From an uncultured Methylomirabilota bacterium (lineage in GTDB: Bacteria > Methylomirabilota > Methylomirabilia > Methylomirabilales > 2-02-FULL-66-22): a stretch of 64,000 nt of DNA. The notes under the pieces are model-generated. The model saw only the letters and a program-made list of their open reading frames with translations. It had not been told where the DNA came from and searched no databases. Position numbers and translations under genes: made by a program. Positions 1-9,168 of this stretch are shown piece by piece; position 1 is the first letter of the stretch; every line of letters starts with the position of its first letter. The DNA is taken from contig CAWJSJ010000002.1 of the NCBI GenBank assembly GCA_963845565.1, positions 2,528,001 through 2,592,000 of the forward strand. Direction: 5' to 3'.

Positions 1-875
1 CATGCGACCACCGAGCACCGGATTGCGGGGATGTCGATGAGCGCCCCCGCCGTCGAGGGCCGCGTCCGCTGCGAAAAGTGCCACGGGCAAACGCCTCACG
101 GGGTGGCGGGCATGCTGAGCCGCCATCTGGACGACCACGTCAGGGCCGTGGCGTGCGAGACCTGTCACATTCCCTTCATTGCGAAGGCGGCGCCGACCCT
201 CTTGCGTCGGGATTATTCGCAAGGCGGGCCAGGACCGTCCGCCAGCGGCTGGACCAGCACGGGATGCCGCAGTACGACAAGAAATTCGGGACCTTGACCT
301 GGGGCAAGCACCTCGTGCCCACGTACCTCTGGTACGACGGAACCCGCAGCGCCTCGCTGGTGGGCGACACGATCGACCCATCCTCTGCCGTGGTTCTCAA
401 CGCCCCCGTCGGGGAGAAGCGGAACCCGGCGGCGCGCATCTTTCCGTTCCAGGTCCACGCGGCGGTTCAGCCCTACGACACCGAGAACAAGATCCTCGCC
501 CTGCCCAAGCTCTTGGACGGCTATTGGGCCGACTTCGACTGGTCGAAGGCCATTACCAGCGGGATGAAGCAGGTGGGACTCCCCTACTCAGGGAAGTACG
601 GTTTCGTGGAGACCAAGATGTATTCTTCCATCCACCACGAGGTGGTCCCCGCCACGAAAGCTCTCGGCTGTTCCGATTGCCACAGCCTGGAGGCTATCAC
701 GTGCACGCGTTGCCACAAGAACGCGAAGGAGATGGACCTTCCCGCGCACCGGCGTGCGGTCTATCCGGAGGCGACAAATCGGATCGATTTCAAAGGCTTG
801 GGCTACCCCGACGATCCGGCCCACGTAGGCGGCCGGTTCTACATCGGCATCGGTCGAGGCGCGCCGCCGAAATAG
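1..875 (+). CDS. OTR-family multiheme cytochrome c, C-terminal part (5' end outside window; two +1 frameshifts near 223 and 248)
   Basis: CEKCH and CETCH in frame 1, KAGQDRPPA in frame 2, then DQHG...PTYLWYDG...CSDCH and CTRCH in frame 3; the joined sequence is colinear with the paralog at 4832-6199. Confidence 0.85.
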   Translation, partial: CDHRAPDCGDVDERPRRRGPRPLRKVPRANASRGGGHAEPPSGRPRQGRGVRDLSHSLHCEGGADPLASGLFARRARTVRQRLDQHGMPQYDKKFGTLTWGKHLVPTYLWYDGTRSASLVGDTIDPSSAVVLNAPVGEKRNPAARIFPFQVHAAVQPYDTENKILALPKLLDGYWADFDWSKAITSGMKQVGLPYSGKYGFVETKMYSSIHHEVVPATKALGCSDCHSLEAITCTRCHKNAKEMDLPAHRRAVYPEATNRIDFKGLGYPDDPAHVGGRFYIGIGRGAPPK

Positions 876-1259
876 CGTCGCGTTCCGGACTTTCGAATTG
901 GCAATACCTTTAGACGGAGCTCCGACCCAGGAGGCCTTTATCGCTCGCCGGGAAGGTGGAATGAGTCGCTTGATCGCGAAATTTCCTGGACCTTGAAGGA
1001 GTCGGAAATCCTTGGAGAGTGGCGGGGGGGGTAAGCGATCCTATCGCGCGGTCTCCAGGGTCGGCGGCCTCGAGTGTCCGGAGTCGTCCCTCCGCTCAGC
1101 TGGGCGGATCGCCCCATCAAGCCGCTGGCATTGGTTGCTGCTTTAGGCTAACATGCGGATCGCTCGGTCAGGGCAGGCGGGCCGTCGCCCGACCCCAGAG
1201 GGCTTTCATCCGCATCGCCCGACGCTCACGAGAGTTCCTCGGGTCCAGAGGATGCTGGC

Positions 1260-2768
1260 ATGCGAGCCAAGATAAGCTACAAACTCATTGTCGCGGTGGG
1301 CAGCGTGGCGCTGATCATCATCGGGTTTTTCTCCTATGGGATTCTGAGCGCCCATCGACGGCAACTCATCGGCGAGGTCCGACGCAGCGCGCACCAACTG
1401 AGCGAGACGGTGAAAAGCAGCACGCATTACGACATGCTGTTGAATCAGCGGGAGGCGGTTTATCGCATCATCACCACCATCGGCAAGCAGGACGGCATCA
1501 AGAAAGTCCGGATCTTCAACAAGGACGGCGCGATCAGTTTTTCCACGGATCATCTTGATGTCGGCCAGATGGTCGACAAGCGAGCGGAAGCGTGCTATGC
1601 CTGCCATGCGGTGGATCAACCCCTGGAGCGATTGCCCATTCCCGACCGTACGCGCATATTCCAACTCCCCGGTTCCGGGCGCGTTCTCGGCATTATCAGT
1701 CCGATATATAACGAACCGAGCTGCTGGCAAAGCAGCTGTCATGCGCACGAGCCGTCAAAAAAAGTCTTGGGCGTGCTGGATATCTCGATGTCGTTGGATG
1801 ACGTCGATCGCGACATGGAATCCAGCCAAAAGCGCCTACTGCTGTTCGGCATCGTCGCCATTGGCGCCGTGAGTGGCATGATTTTTCTCCTGGTCGATCG
1901 GATCGTGCTCAAGCCGGTGAATGAAATTGCGGCGGCGACGCGCAAGGTAGCTGCCGGCGATCTGCATTACAAGATTGCGTTGACCAAACGGGATGAAATC
2001 GGGATCTTGGCCGACTCCTTCAATCAGATGACGCAAAAACTCTCCGAGGCGCAGCGGCAGATTTATCAATCAGAGAAACTGGCGGCGGTTGGGCAATTGG
2101 CGGCGGGGGTGGCACATGAAATCAATAACCCACTCACCGGAGTGTTGAGCTACGCCAGCTTCCTCCTTAAACGCGCTGAAGACCGGCCCGAGTTCAAGGA
2201 AGACTTGGAAGTGATCGTGCGGGAAACCAAGCGGTGCCGGGAGATCGTGAAAGGCCTGTTGGATTTCGCCCGACAGTTGCCGCCGGAAAAGCAGGCCTGT
2301 GACATCACGGAAATCGTGGAACGCGCGGTTCGTATCGTGCAAATCCAGCTTGCCGCGCATCGCGTGGAGCTGCGGAGGAATCTGCGCACCGACCTACCGA
2401 AGATCCACGTCGACGCGAATCAGCTCCAGCAGGTTCTCGTCAATCTCCTGCTCAACGCCAATGCCGCTATCGGCGACGGTGGGGGCACGATTACCTTAGT
2501 GACCGATTTGGCGGTAGAAGAGGGCGGGGCGCGGAACCAGACCCAAGGCATCGAAGTCAGGGTGAGCGACACCGGCTGCGGCATTCCGCCGGCGAATCTC
2601 CAAAGAATCTTCGATCCGTTCTTCTCCACTAAGGGGGCAAAGGGTACCGGCCTTGGACTGGCGGTCGCGTGGGGCATCGTCGAGAAACACAACGGACGCA
2701 TTGAGGTCGAGAGCGACGTCGGCAAAGGTACAACGTTTCGCGTGCTCTTGCCGATCGGCGAGCAGTAG
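1260..2768 (+). CDS. Membrane sensor histidine kinase (TM, periplasmic heme-c-motif domain, TM, HAMP, HisKA, HATPase)
   Basis: Two hydrophobic helices; CYACH and CWQSSCH between them; H-box AHEINNPL; NLLLNA, DTGCGI, FDPFFSTK, GTGLGL boxes. Confidence 0.93.
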   Translation: MRAKISYKLIVAVGSVALIIIGFFSYGILSAHRRQLIGEVRRSAHQLSETVKSSTHYDMLLNQREAVYRIITTIGKQDGIKKVRIFNKDGAISFSTDHLDVGQMVDKRAEACYACHAVDQPLERLPIPDRTRIFQLPGSGRVLGIISPIYNEPSCWQSSCHAHEPSKKVLGVLDISMSLDDVDRDMESSQKRLLLFGIVAIGAVSGMIFLLVDRIVLKPVNEIAAATRKVAAGDLHYKIALTKRDEIGILADSFNQMTQKLSEAQRQIYQSEKLAAVGQLAAGVAHEINNPLTGVLSYASFLLKRAEDRPEFKEDLEVIVRETKRCREIVKGLLDFARQLPPEKQACDITEIVERAVRIVQIQLAAHRVELRRNLRTDLPKIHVDANQLQQVLVNLLLNANAAIGDGGGTITLVTDLAVEEGGARNQTQGIEVRVSDTGCGIPPANLQRIFDPFFSTKGAKGTGLGLAVAWGIVEKHNGRIEVESDVGKGTTFRVLLPIGEQ

Positions 2769-2926
2769 ACTGCAGTTCAGTGAGACAACGGATGCACGGA
2801 GTATGTCCGTCCTTCGTTGATCGTCGCGCGCCAGGCAGCGTGTTCCGTGTACGCCACGTGTCAGCATCGGAACAGGGGCAACGACGACTGAGTCTCCGGC
2901 GTCGCGCGTGTTGAGGGGAGGCAATT

Positions 2927-4081
2927 ATGGTTCCGATCCTCGTGGTCGTGATGATCGTGGTGTTCGTCGTCATCAACGTGGTGGTTCGGTTGGTGATGGA
3001 TCGGATGCGTGAAGCCAAGGCGCGCAAGGAACGGCTCGAAGCGCTGGATATCGGCCTGCGTTTAGATTTTGCGGATGAAGCGCCATCGCTCAAGCGGGTC
3101 GAGGTGGCCAAGCCGCTCGCGCGTATTCTTGCGGTGGACGACGAAACCATCGTGCTCGACAGTTTCCGGAAGATCCTCGTGGCCGCCGGCTACGCGATCG
3201 ACACGGTGGAAAGCGGGCGCGAGGCGCTGGGCCTCGTGCAGAAGCACACGTACGATTTTGTGTTCACCGACTTGAAAATGCCGGAGATGGATGGGTTGGA
3301 TGTGGTGAAGGGCGTCAAGCACTACAGCGCCGAGTCGGATGTCGTGGTCATCACCGGCTACGCCACCATTGAATCCGCGGTGAATGCGATGAAGTGGGGT
3401 GCCATGGATTATGTGCAAAAACCCTTCACCGAAGACGAACTGGTGGAATTCACCAAGAAGTGCCTGTTTCGCCGGCAAGATCGCGAACACAAACGGCTCT
3501 CCTCCACGGTGCACGTAGCCACGACGGACCGCCCGCCGGCTCACGAATTCGGTCTGCCGGGCGGGGTGTTCTTTTCCCCCGGCCATGTGTGGGCGAATGT
3601 CACCATCCCGGGCATGGTGCGTGTAGGTTTGGACGATTTTGCGCGCAAGATGATCGGGCGCATCGATGCGCTCGAATTGCCCGCCAAGGGCGCGACGATC
3701 AAGAAGGGGGAGTGTCTCTTCAGTATTCGGCAAGGCGGGCGTGCCGCCGTTTTCCATGCGCCGATCTCCGGGACCGTGCATGAGGTGAACGCCGACCTGC
3801 CCAAGCACCTGGAATGGCTGGAAAGCCGTCCCTACGAGCAGGGGTGGGTGTGCTCGATGAAACCCGAGCATCTGGAGGACGAGCTGAGGCAGTTGCATAT
3901 CGGCGAGAAAGCGGCGGAATGGTATCGGGCGGAGATCGCACGCCTCCAGGCGATGCTGGGAGCGGCACATGGCGAAACCGCCGCCCCGCCGGCTCCAACC
4001 GGACGGCTGGTCGAAGGCCAGTTGGAGGCGACCGACGACGCCACGTGGAGCAAGTTCACGCAGGCCTTCTTAGGGGCGTAG
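2927..4081 (+). CDS. Membrane-anchored response regulator: TM, receiver domain, GcvH-like domain
   Basis: N-terminal hydrophobic helix; receiver motifs VDDE, FTDLKMP, ITG, KPF; C-terminal HVW..VRVGLDDFA..APISG..VN..PYEQGW GcvH fold; RBS GGGGAGG. Confidence 0.88.
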   Translation: MVPILVVVMIVVFVVINVVVRLVMDRMREAKARKERLEALDIGLRLDFADEAPSLKRVEVAKPLARILAVDDETIVLDSFRKILVAAGYAIDTVESGREALGLVQKHTYDFVFTDLKMPEMDGLDVVKGVKHYSAESDVVVITGYATIESAVNAMKWGAMDYVQKPFTEDELVEFTKKCLFRRQDREHKRLSSTVHVATTDRPPAHEFGLPGGVFFSPGHVWANVTIPGMVRVGLDDFARKMIGRIDALELPAKGATIKKGECLFSIRQGGRAAVFHAPISGTVHEVNADLPKHLEWLESRPYEQGWVCSMKPEHLEDELRQLHIGEKAAEWYRAEIARLQAMLGAAHGETAAPPAPTGRLVEGQLEATDDATWSKFTQAFLGA

Positions 4082-4407
4082 GTGCGTTTGCGCTCGCGGG
4101 CGGAATCGCCGTTTCGCCCGCCCGCGTTCGCCCCGGACCGTGCCGCATGGAGCGGGCGCTCCGCTGCCTCCCCAATTTTCCGAATCCCCGGGAGTATCCC
4201 CGACGCCTGAAGATCCCGGCCTGTCTTGTGCCCCGCCCTGGTGAGTCGGAGTTATCCTGCGTCCGTGGCCTCGATGCTTCCCGAGCAGCGCCTTCTCCTG
4301 CCTATAGCGGTACCGAGAGGGATCCGTGTGACGAAGGGCCGAATCCTTTCCCGCGGTTCGGGATCATAACTGCAAAGAGGCGTCCGAATTCACGGGAGGA
4401 ATCGCCC

Positions 4408-4596
4408 ATGCCGATCTTCGAGTACCAGTGCACCCAATGCGGGACAACGTTCGAGCAGTTCACGCAGCGCGCCAAGGACGGGCAGGTTCCTGCGTGTCCG
4501 AGATGCGGTGCCGACCGGGCGGAGCGGGTTCTCTCGGGCTTCGCCAGGCAGGCAGCGACGGGGAGCGGATGCGGATCGTCATCCGGCGGCGGGTGA
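4408..4596 (+). CDS. FmdB-family zinc ribbon protein
   Basis: MPIFEYQCTQCG...CPRCG; RBS GGAGGA upstream. Confidence 0.85.
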   Translation: MPIFEYQCTQCGTTFEQFTQRAKDGQVPACPRCGADRAERVLSGFARQAATGSGCGSSSGGG

Positions 4597-4831
4597 GGGG
4601 TCTAATTCCGGGGCCGGGAGCCCCGAGGCGCGAGATGGAACCCCTATTCGGTAGAGTGCGACCTGTTGAGGACGAGGAGACCCCTTTGGCTCGACGGAAT
4701 GAGGCACGACGCCGCCCGCGTCCAGACCGTGGCATCGTCGCTCTTTCCTGACCAACGGAGGCGCTGCATTGACTTTTGTCGGCCGTTCGCACTAGGCTAG
4801 CAGCAACTATTCGCTTCGAGGAGGTGCCTTC

Positions 4832-6199
4832 ATGCTGCGACGGCTCTCGCCGGTGGTGTTGCTGCTGTGTGGTCTGCTCGTCCCGACGCCATCCTGGACC
4901 GGTACCGATCACAAGGACCTCGTGTCCGGGCCGTTCAGGACGGGGCCGGAGGTGACCGAGACGTGTCTCGGCTGCCACGAGCAGCAGGCCAAGGACTTCA
5001 TGAAGACGGTCCACTGGACCTGGCAGGAGAAGCAACAGGTGCCCGGCAGAGGGCAGATGAGCATCGGAAAGCTCAACCTGATCAACAATTTCTGCATTGC
5101 GCTGCCCGCCAACTGGCCGCGCTGTACCAGTTGTCACGCCGGCTACGGCTGGAAGGACGCGTCGTTCAAGTTCGATGACCCGAAGAACGTGGATTGCCTG
5201 GTGTGCCACGACACCACCGGGACCTACGCGAAGTCCCCGGCCGGTGCGGGGAATCCGGATCCCAAGGTGGATCTCGTCAAGGTGGCGCAGAGTGTCGGAA
5301 AGCCCACCCGACAGAATTGCGGCACATGCCACTTCTTCGGCGGGGGCGGCGATCACGTCAAGCACGGGGACCTGGACAGCTCGCTCCTGAAGCCGAGCCG
5401 CGCGGTGGACGTGCACATGGCGGACCCGGCCCCGGGCATGACCTGCCAGGACTGCCACAAGACGAAAGAGCACCAGATTCCCGGGGAGTCGATGGCGGTG
5501 TCCCTCGGGAAGGGGGCGCGGGTCTCCTGTCTCGACTGCCACGGCGAGACCCCGCACAAGATCCCGACCTACAACCGGCACACCAAGCGGGTGGCCTGTG
5601 AGACCTGCCACGTCCCCGTGTTCGCCAAGGGGCTGCCGACCAAGGTCTGGTGGGACTGGTCGAAGGCGGGGCAGGACCGGCCGCCGGCCAAGGACAAGCA
5701 CGGCCTCGAGACCTACGTCAAGATCAAGGGGGAGTTCAAGTGGGAGAAGGACGTCCCGCCGACCTATCTCTGGTACAACGGCGAGACGGCGCGTTACCTG
5801 CTGGGGGATACGATCGATCCGTCGAAGGTGGTTGCGCTGAATCGGCCGCTGGGCGACCGGAAGGATGTCAAGGCCCGGATCATGCCGTTCAAGGTCATGC
5901 GCGGGAAGCAGCCGTATGACAAGCAGTTGAAGACGATCGCGGTCCCACACCTGTTCGGCGGCTACTGGAATCACTTCGACTGGAACCGGGCCATCGCCGA
6001 CGGCAACAAGGCGGCAGGCATCCCCTACAGCGGCCAGTTCGACTGGGCCGAGACGGTGATGTACTGGAAGGTGAACCACATGGTGGCGCCGAAGCAGGCG
6101 GCTTTTCGGTGCACTGCATGCCATCGCGACAAAGGGGGCATCTTGAACTGGAAGGCGCTGGGATATGCCGGCGACCCGGCGCAGGAGCCAGGCAAGTAA
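4832..6199 (+). CDS. Octaheme c-type cytochrome, tetrathionate reductase (OTR) family
   Basis: Signal peptide; eight CxxCH (CLGCH, CTSCH, CLVCH, CGTCH, CQDCH, CLDCH, CETCH, CTACH); HWTW, INNFC and GGGGDHVKHGDLD family motifs; RBS GAGGAGG. Confidence 0.9.
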   Translation: MLRRLSPVVLLLCGLLVPTPSWTGTDHKDLVSGPFRTGPEVTETCLGCHEQQAKDFMKTVHWTWQEKQQVPGRGQMSIGKLNLINNFCIALPANWPRCTSCHAGYGWKDASFKFDDPKNVDCLVCHDTTGTYAKSPAGAGNPDPKVDLVKVAQSVGKPTRQNCGTCHFFGGGGDHVKHGDLDSSLLKPSRAVDVHMADPAPGMTCQDCHKTKEHQIPGESMAVSLGKGARVSCLDCHGETPHKIPTYNRHTKRVACETCHVPVFAKGLPTKVWWDWSKAGQDRPPAKDKHGLETYVKIKGEFKWEKDVPPTYLWYNGETARYLLGDTIDPSKVVALNRPLGDRKDVKARIMPFKVMRGKQPYDKQLKTIAVPHLFGGYWNHFDWNRAIADGNKAAGIPYSGQFDWAETVMYWKVNHMVAPKQAAFRCTACHRDKGGILNWKALGYAGDPAQEPGK

Positions 6200-6279
6200 G
6201 ACCTGTCCGGCTGTTCGGCGCAGAACGGATCATCAGACCGTGGGGATGCCCGGACGCCGAACACATAGGGTCCAGATGA

Positions 6280-6318
6280 CCGACCGTCGTCGCGGGTTGA
6301 CGACGGTCGGCTTTTTTG
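6280..6318 (+). terminator. Intrinsic terminator
   Basis: 12-bp stem CCGACCGTCGTC/GACGACGGTCGG followed by CTTTTTT. Confidence 0.8.
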
Positions 6319-6393
6319 GATCTGGCGCATCGAGGCGAAGCCGGCACGAGGAGTACGCGCCCTGCGTCAGCGCAGCCTCGACCCTCATCCGGC

Positions 6394-6423
6394 TTGACAG
6401 GCTTTCGGCGCGGATGCTAGGGT
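6394..6423 (+). promoter_or_regulatory. Putative sigma70 promoter for thiM operon
   Basis: TTGACA-N18-TAGGGT with extended TG. Confidence 0.45.
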
Positions 6424-6510
6424 CGCCGACACTTCGTGACGCTGCGACCGGGGCCGGCGCCAAAGGAGTCGGGACGGGCGCGCGATCGGTCTCGATGAAA
6501 GGGGCATTCC

Positions 6511-7332
6511 ATGTCACAGTACGCCGAACGGGCAGCCCATAACCTCGCCCTCGTACGCGAGAAGCGCCCGCTGATTCACAACATCACGAACTACGTCGTC
6601 ATGCAGTACACGGCCAACGCCTTGCTGGCGTTGGGCGCCTCGCCGGTCATGGCCCACGCGGTCGAGGAGATGGAGGAGATGGCCTCTCTGGCCGATGCCC
6701 TGGTCCTCAACATCGGCACGCTCTCCGGGCCGTGGATCGAGGGCATGCTCGTCGCGGGCCGCACGGCCTCCCGGCGGAAGATCCCCATCATCCTGGACCC
6801 GGTCGGCGCCGGCGCCACCCGGTTGCGGACGACGACGGCGGTGCGTCTGCTCGACGAGTGCCGGGTGACGGTCCTGCGCGGCAACGCCTCGGAGGTGCTG
6901 GCCGTCGCCCAGGGAGCCGGCGGCACCCGCGGCGTGGACGCGGCGCACAAGGTCGAGGACGCGGTGGAGGCGGCCCGGGAGTGGGCGCGCCGGCGATCTA
7001 TCATCGTGGCAATCACCGGAGCGGTGGATCACGTGACGGATGGGGGCGCGGTGCGCCGGGTGCACAACGGTCACCCGCTGATGGGGCGGATCACCGGGTC
7101 GGGATGCACCGCGACGACGGTCATCGGCGCCTTCTGCGCCGTCAACACCGATGCGGTAGAGGCGACGGCGAGTGCGCTGGCGTTCTACGGCCTGGCGGGC
7201 GAGTATGCGGCACGCGCGGGGAACCTGCCGGGGACATTCGCCGTCGGCCTGATCGATATGCTGCAGGCCGTGACGCCGGATCAGGTCACCCGTGAGGCTC
7301 GGATCGAGGGTGAAGGGGAGAGGCAGGCGTGA
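6511..7332 (+). CDS. thiM: Hydroxyethylthiazole kinase
   Basis: PLIHNITNYVV, GASPVMA, LNIGTL, RGNASE, ITGSGC motifs. Confidence 0.95.
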   Translation: MSQYAERAAHNLALVREKRPLIHNITNYVVMQYTANALLALGASPVMAHAVEEMEEMASLADALVLNIGTLSGPWIEGMLVAGRTASRRKIPIILDPVGAGATRLRTTTAVRLLDECRVTVLRGNASEVLAVAQGAGGTRGVDAAHKVEDAVEAAREWARRRSIIVAITGAVDHVTDGGAVRRVHNGHPLMGRITGSGCTATTVIGAFCAVNTDAVEATASALAFYGLAGEYAARAGNLPGTFAVGLIDMLQAVTPDQVTREARIEGEGERQA

Positions 7333-7338
7333 GGACGA

Positions 7339-8001
7339 TTGCGTCCCCCAAAGGCCGGCCGACCGGCACCGGATTACTCGCTGTACCTGGTGACCGATCC
7401 CGATCTGTCGAGGGGCCGGTCGCTGCTGGACGTGATCCGTGCCGCCGTTGACGGCGGCGTCACCTGCGTGCAGGTGCGGGAGAAGACGGCGTCGTCGCGG
7501 GACTACCTCGAGCGGTTGTCGGCCGTCCGAGGGCTGCTCCGCGAACGCAGCGTCCCGCTCTTCGTCAATGACCGGGTGGACATCGCGCTGGCCGTGGACG
7601 CCGACGGCATCCACCTCGGCCAGACGGACATGCCGCTGGCCCTGGCCAAGCGCGTCGCGGGTGACCGGCTGATCATCGGGATCTCGTGCGAGGCCCCACA
7701 GGATGCGGTCGAGGCGGAACGTGGGGGGGCCGATTACGTGAGCGTGAGCCCGGTGTTCGCGACACCGACCAAGACCGACACGGTGCCGGCGCTGGGACTC
7801 GACGGCGTGCGCGCGATCCGGGCCGCCGTCCGTCTGCCGGTGGTGACCATCGGCGGGATCAACGCGACCAACGCCGCCGGCGTCATCCGGGCGGGGGCGG
7901 ACGGGATCTGCGTCGTGTCGGCGATCGTCGCCGCGCCCGACCCGTGCGCGGCGGCCGCCTCGCTCCGTCGCATCGTCGAAGAGGCACGCCATGGAGCTTA
8001 A
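7339..8001 (+). CDS. thiE: Thiamine-phosphate synthase
   Basis: LYLVTD, QVREK, NDRVDIA, GIHLGQTD, TPTK, IGGI motifs; TTG start with GAGGA RBS. Confidence 0.95.
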   Translation: MRPPKAGRPAPDYSLYLVTDPDLSRGRSLLDVIRAAVDGGVTCVQVREKTASSRDYLERLSAVRGLLRERSVPLFVNDRVDIALAVDADGIHLGQTDMPLALAKRVAGDRLIIGISCEAPQDAVEAERGGADYVSVSPVFATPTKTDTVPALGLDGVRAIRAAVRLPVVTIGGINATNAAGVIRAGADGICVVSAIVAAPDPCAAAASLRRIVEEARHGA

Positions 8002-9007
8002 AGAGATCGGCGAGTTCGGCTTCATCCGACGCGTGAGTCGGGGATGTCTGGTCCGACCGGAAGGCGTCGAGCGGGCCATCGGCGACGACGCCGCCGCCTT
8101 TGTCGTGCCGCCCGACCGATTGACGTTGGTGACGACGGACTTGCTGGTCGAACGGGTCCACTTCCTGCGGGACGCAACCACGCCGTTCAACCTGGGCCAC
8201 AAGGCCATGGCCGTCAACCTGAGCGACATCGCGGCCATGGGCGGCATTCCGCGCGAGGCGTTCGTCAGCACCGCCATCCCCGCCGGCTGCCCCGTGGAGT
8301 ATCTGGACGCACTGTACGACGGGATGAAGAGCCTGGCGGCTCGTCACGGGGTCAACATCTTGGGCGGCGACACGACGGGTTCTGTGGTCGACCTAGTCCT
8401 CAACGTGACCGTCGTTGGCCATGTCCGCCGTGATGAGGTGCTGTATCGCTCCGGGGCCAGACCAGGCGATATCGTGTGCCTCACCGGCACGGTCGGAGAC
8501 AGCCGCGCCGGCCTGCATTTCGTGCTGGAGAAGCTCTACCCCTCGGAAGCGGCCATGCGGACGCTGTTCGACGCCCACATCCTGCCCCGCCCGCACCTCG
8601 AAGAGGGGCGATTTCTGGCAGGGACGAGGGCGGCGACCGCGGCGTTGGATCTCAGCGACGGCCTGAGCTCGGATTTGATACACATCGTCGAGGAGAGCGG
8701 GGTGGGAATCCGCATTCACGCCGACCGGATTCCGATCTCCGCTGAGCTGCGGGAGTTCTGCGCAGCGCGTAATCGGGACCCCTTCCGTTTTGCCCTTGCG
8801 GGGGGCGAGGATTACGTGCTGGCCGTCACCGTGCGTCCGGATCGGATCGGCGAGGTGGGGCGGGACTTCGCCGCGCGCTTCGGCCGTCCGTTGTACTGCA
8901 TCGGCGAGGCGACCGACTCGGGACACCTAGAATTTGTCACACCGGACGGTCAGACCGAAACCGTGCGCCCCACCGGGTGGGACCATTTCGGCGAGCACGG
9001 GGTCTGA
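7991..9007 (+). CDS. thiL: Thiamine-monophosphate kinase
   Basis: GEFGFI, IGDDAA, NLSDIAAMGG, GGDTT, DLSDGL, GGEDY, GWDHF. Confidence 0.95.
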   Translation: MELKEIGEFGFIRRVSRGCLVRPEGVERAIGDDAAAFVVPPDRLTLVTTDLLVERVHFLRDATTPFNLGHKAMAVNLSDIAAMGGIPREAFVSTAIPAGCPVEYLDALYDGMKSLAARHGVNILGGDTTGSVVDLVLNVTVVGHVRRDEVLYRSGARPGDIVCLTGTVGDSRAGLHFVLEKLYPSEAAMRTLFDAHILPRPHLEEGRFLAGTRAATAALDLSDGLSSDLIHIVEESGVGIRIHADRIPISAELREFCAARNRDPFRFALAGGEDYVLAVTVRPDRIGEVGRDFAARFGRPLYCIGEATDSGHLEFVTPDGQTETVRPTGWDHFGEHGV

Positions 9008-9132
9008 CAGGCTGCTGAAAAAGGCCCATCTGCAGCGTTGGCCCGCCTCGCCACTCGCTGCGGCGTACCTGGAGTACGCCTCGCTCGGGCTACGGCGTTC
9101 CGCCTTGCATCTGGGCCTTTTTGAGCAGCCTG
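9008..9132. repeat. MITE-like palindromic repeat, family A, copy 1
   Basis: Imperfect terminal inverted repeats CAGGCTGCTGAAAAAGGCCCA / TGGGCCTTTTTGAGCAGCCTG; internal GGCGTAC-CTGGA-GTACGCC hairpin; second copy at 30844. Confidence 0.85.
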
Positions 9133-9168
9133 GGCGAAAGCAATGCTTCGGGCAGACCGTGCGAAGCT

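Noticed and set aside
1124..1145. sigma54 promoter before the kinase (TGGCAT...TGC)
   Set aside because: GG-to-GC spacing is not the required 10 nt.
6212..6265. Hammerhead ribozyme on the minus strand (GTC...CTGATGA)
   Set aside because: No GAAA core segment and stems I and II do not form.
6200..6510. TPP riboswitch upstream of thiM
   Set aside because: No CTGAGA and ACCTGA...GGGA aptamer signature found.
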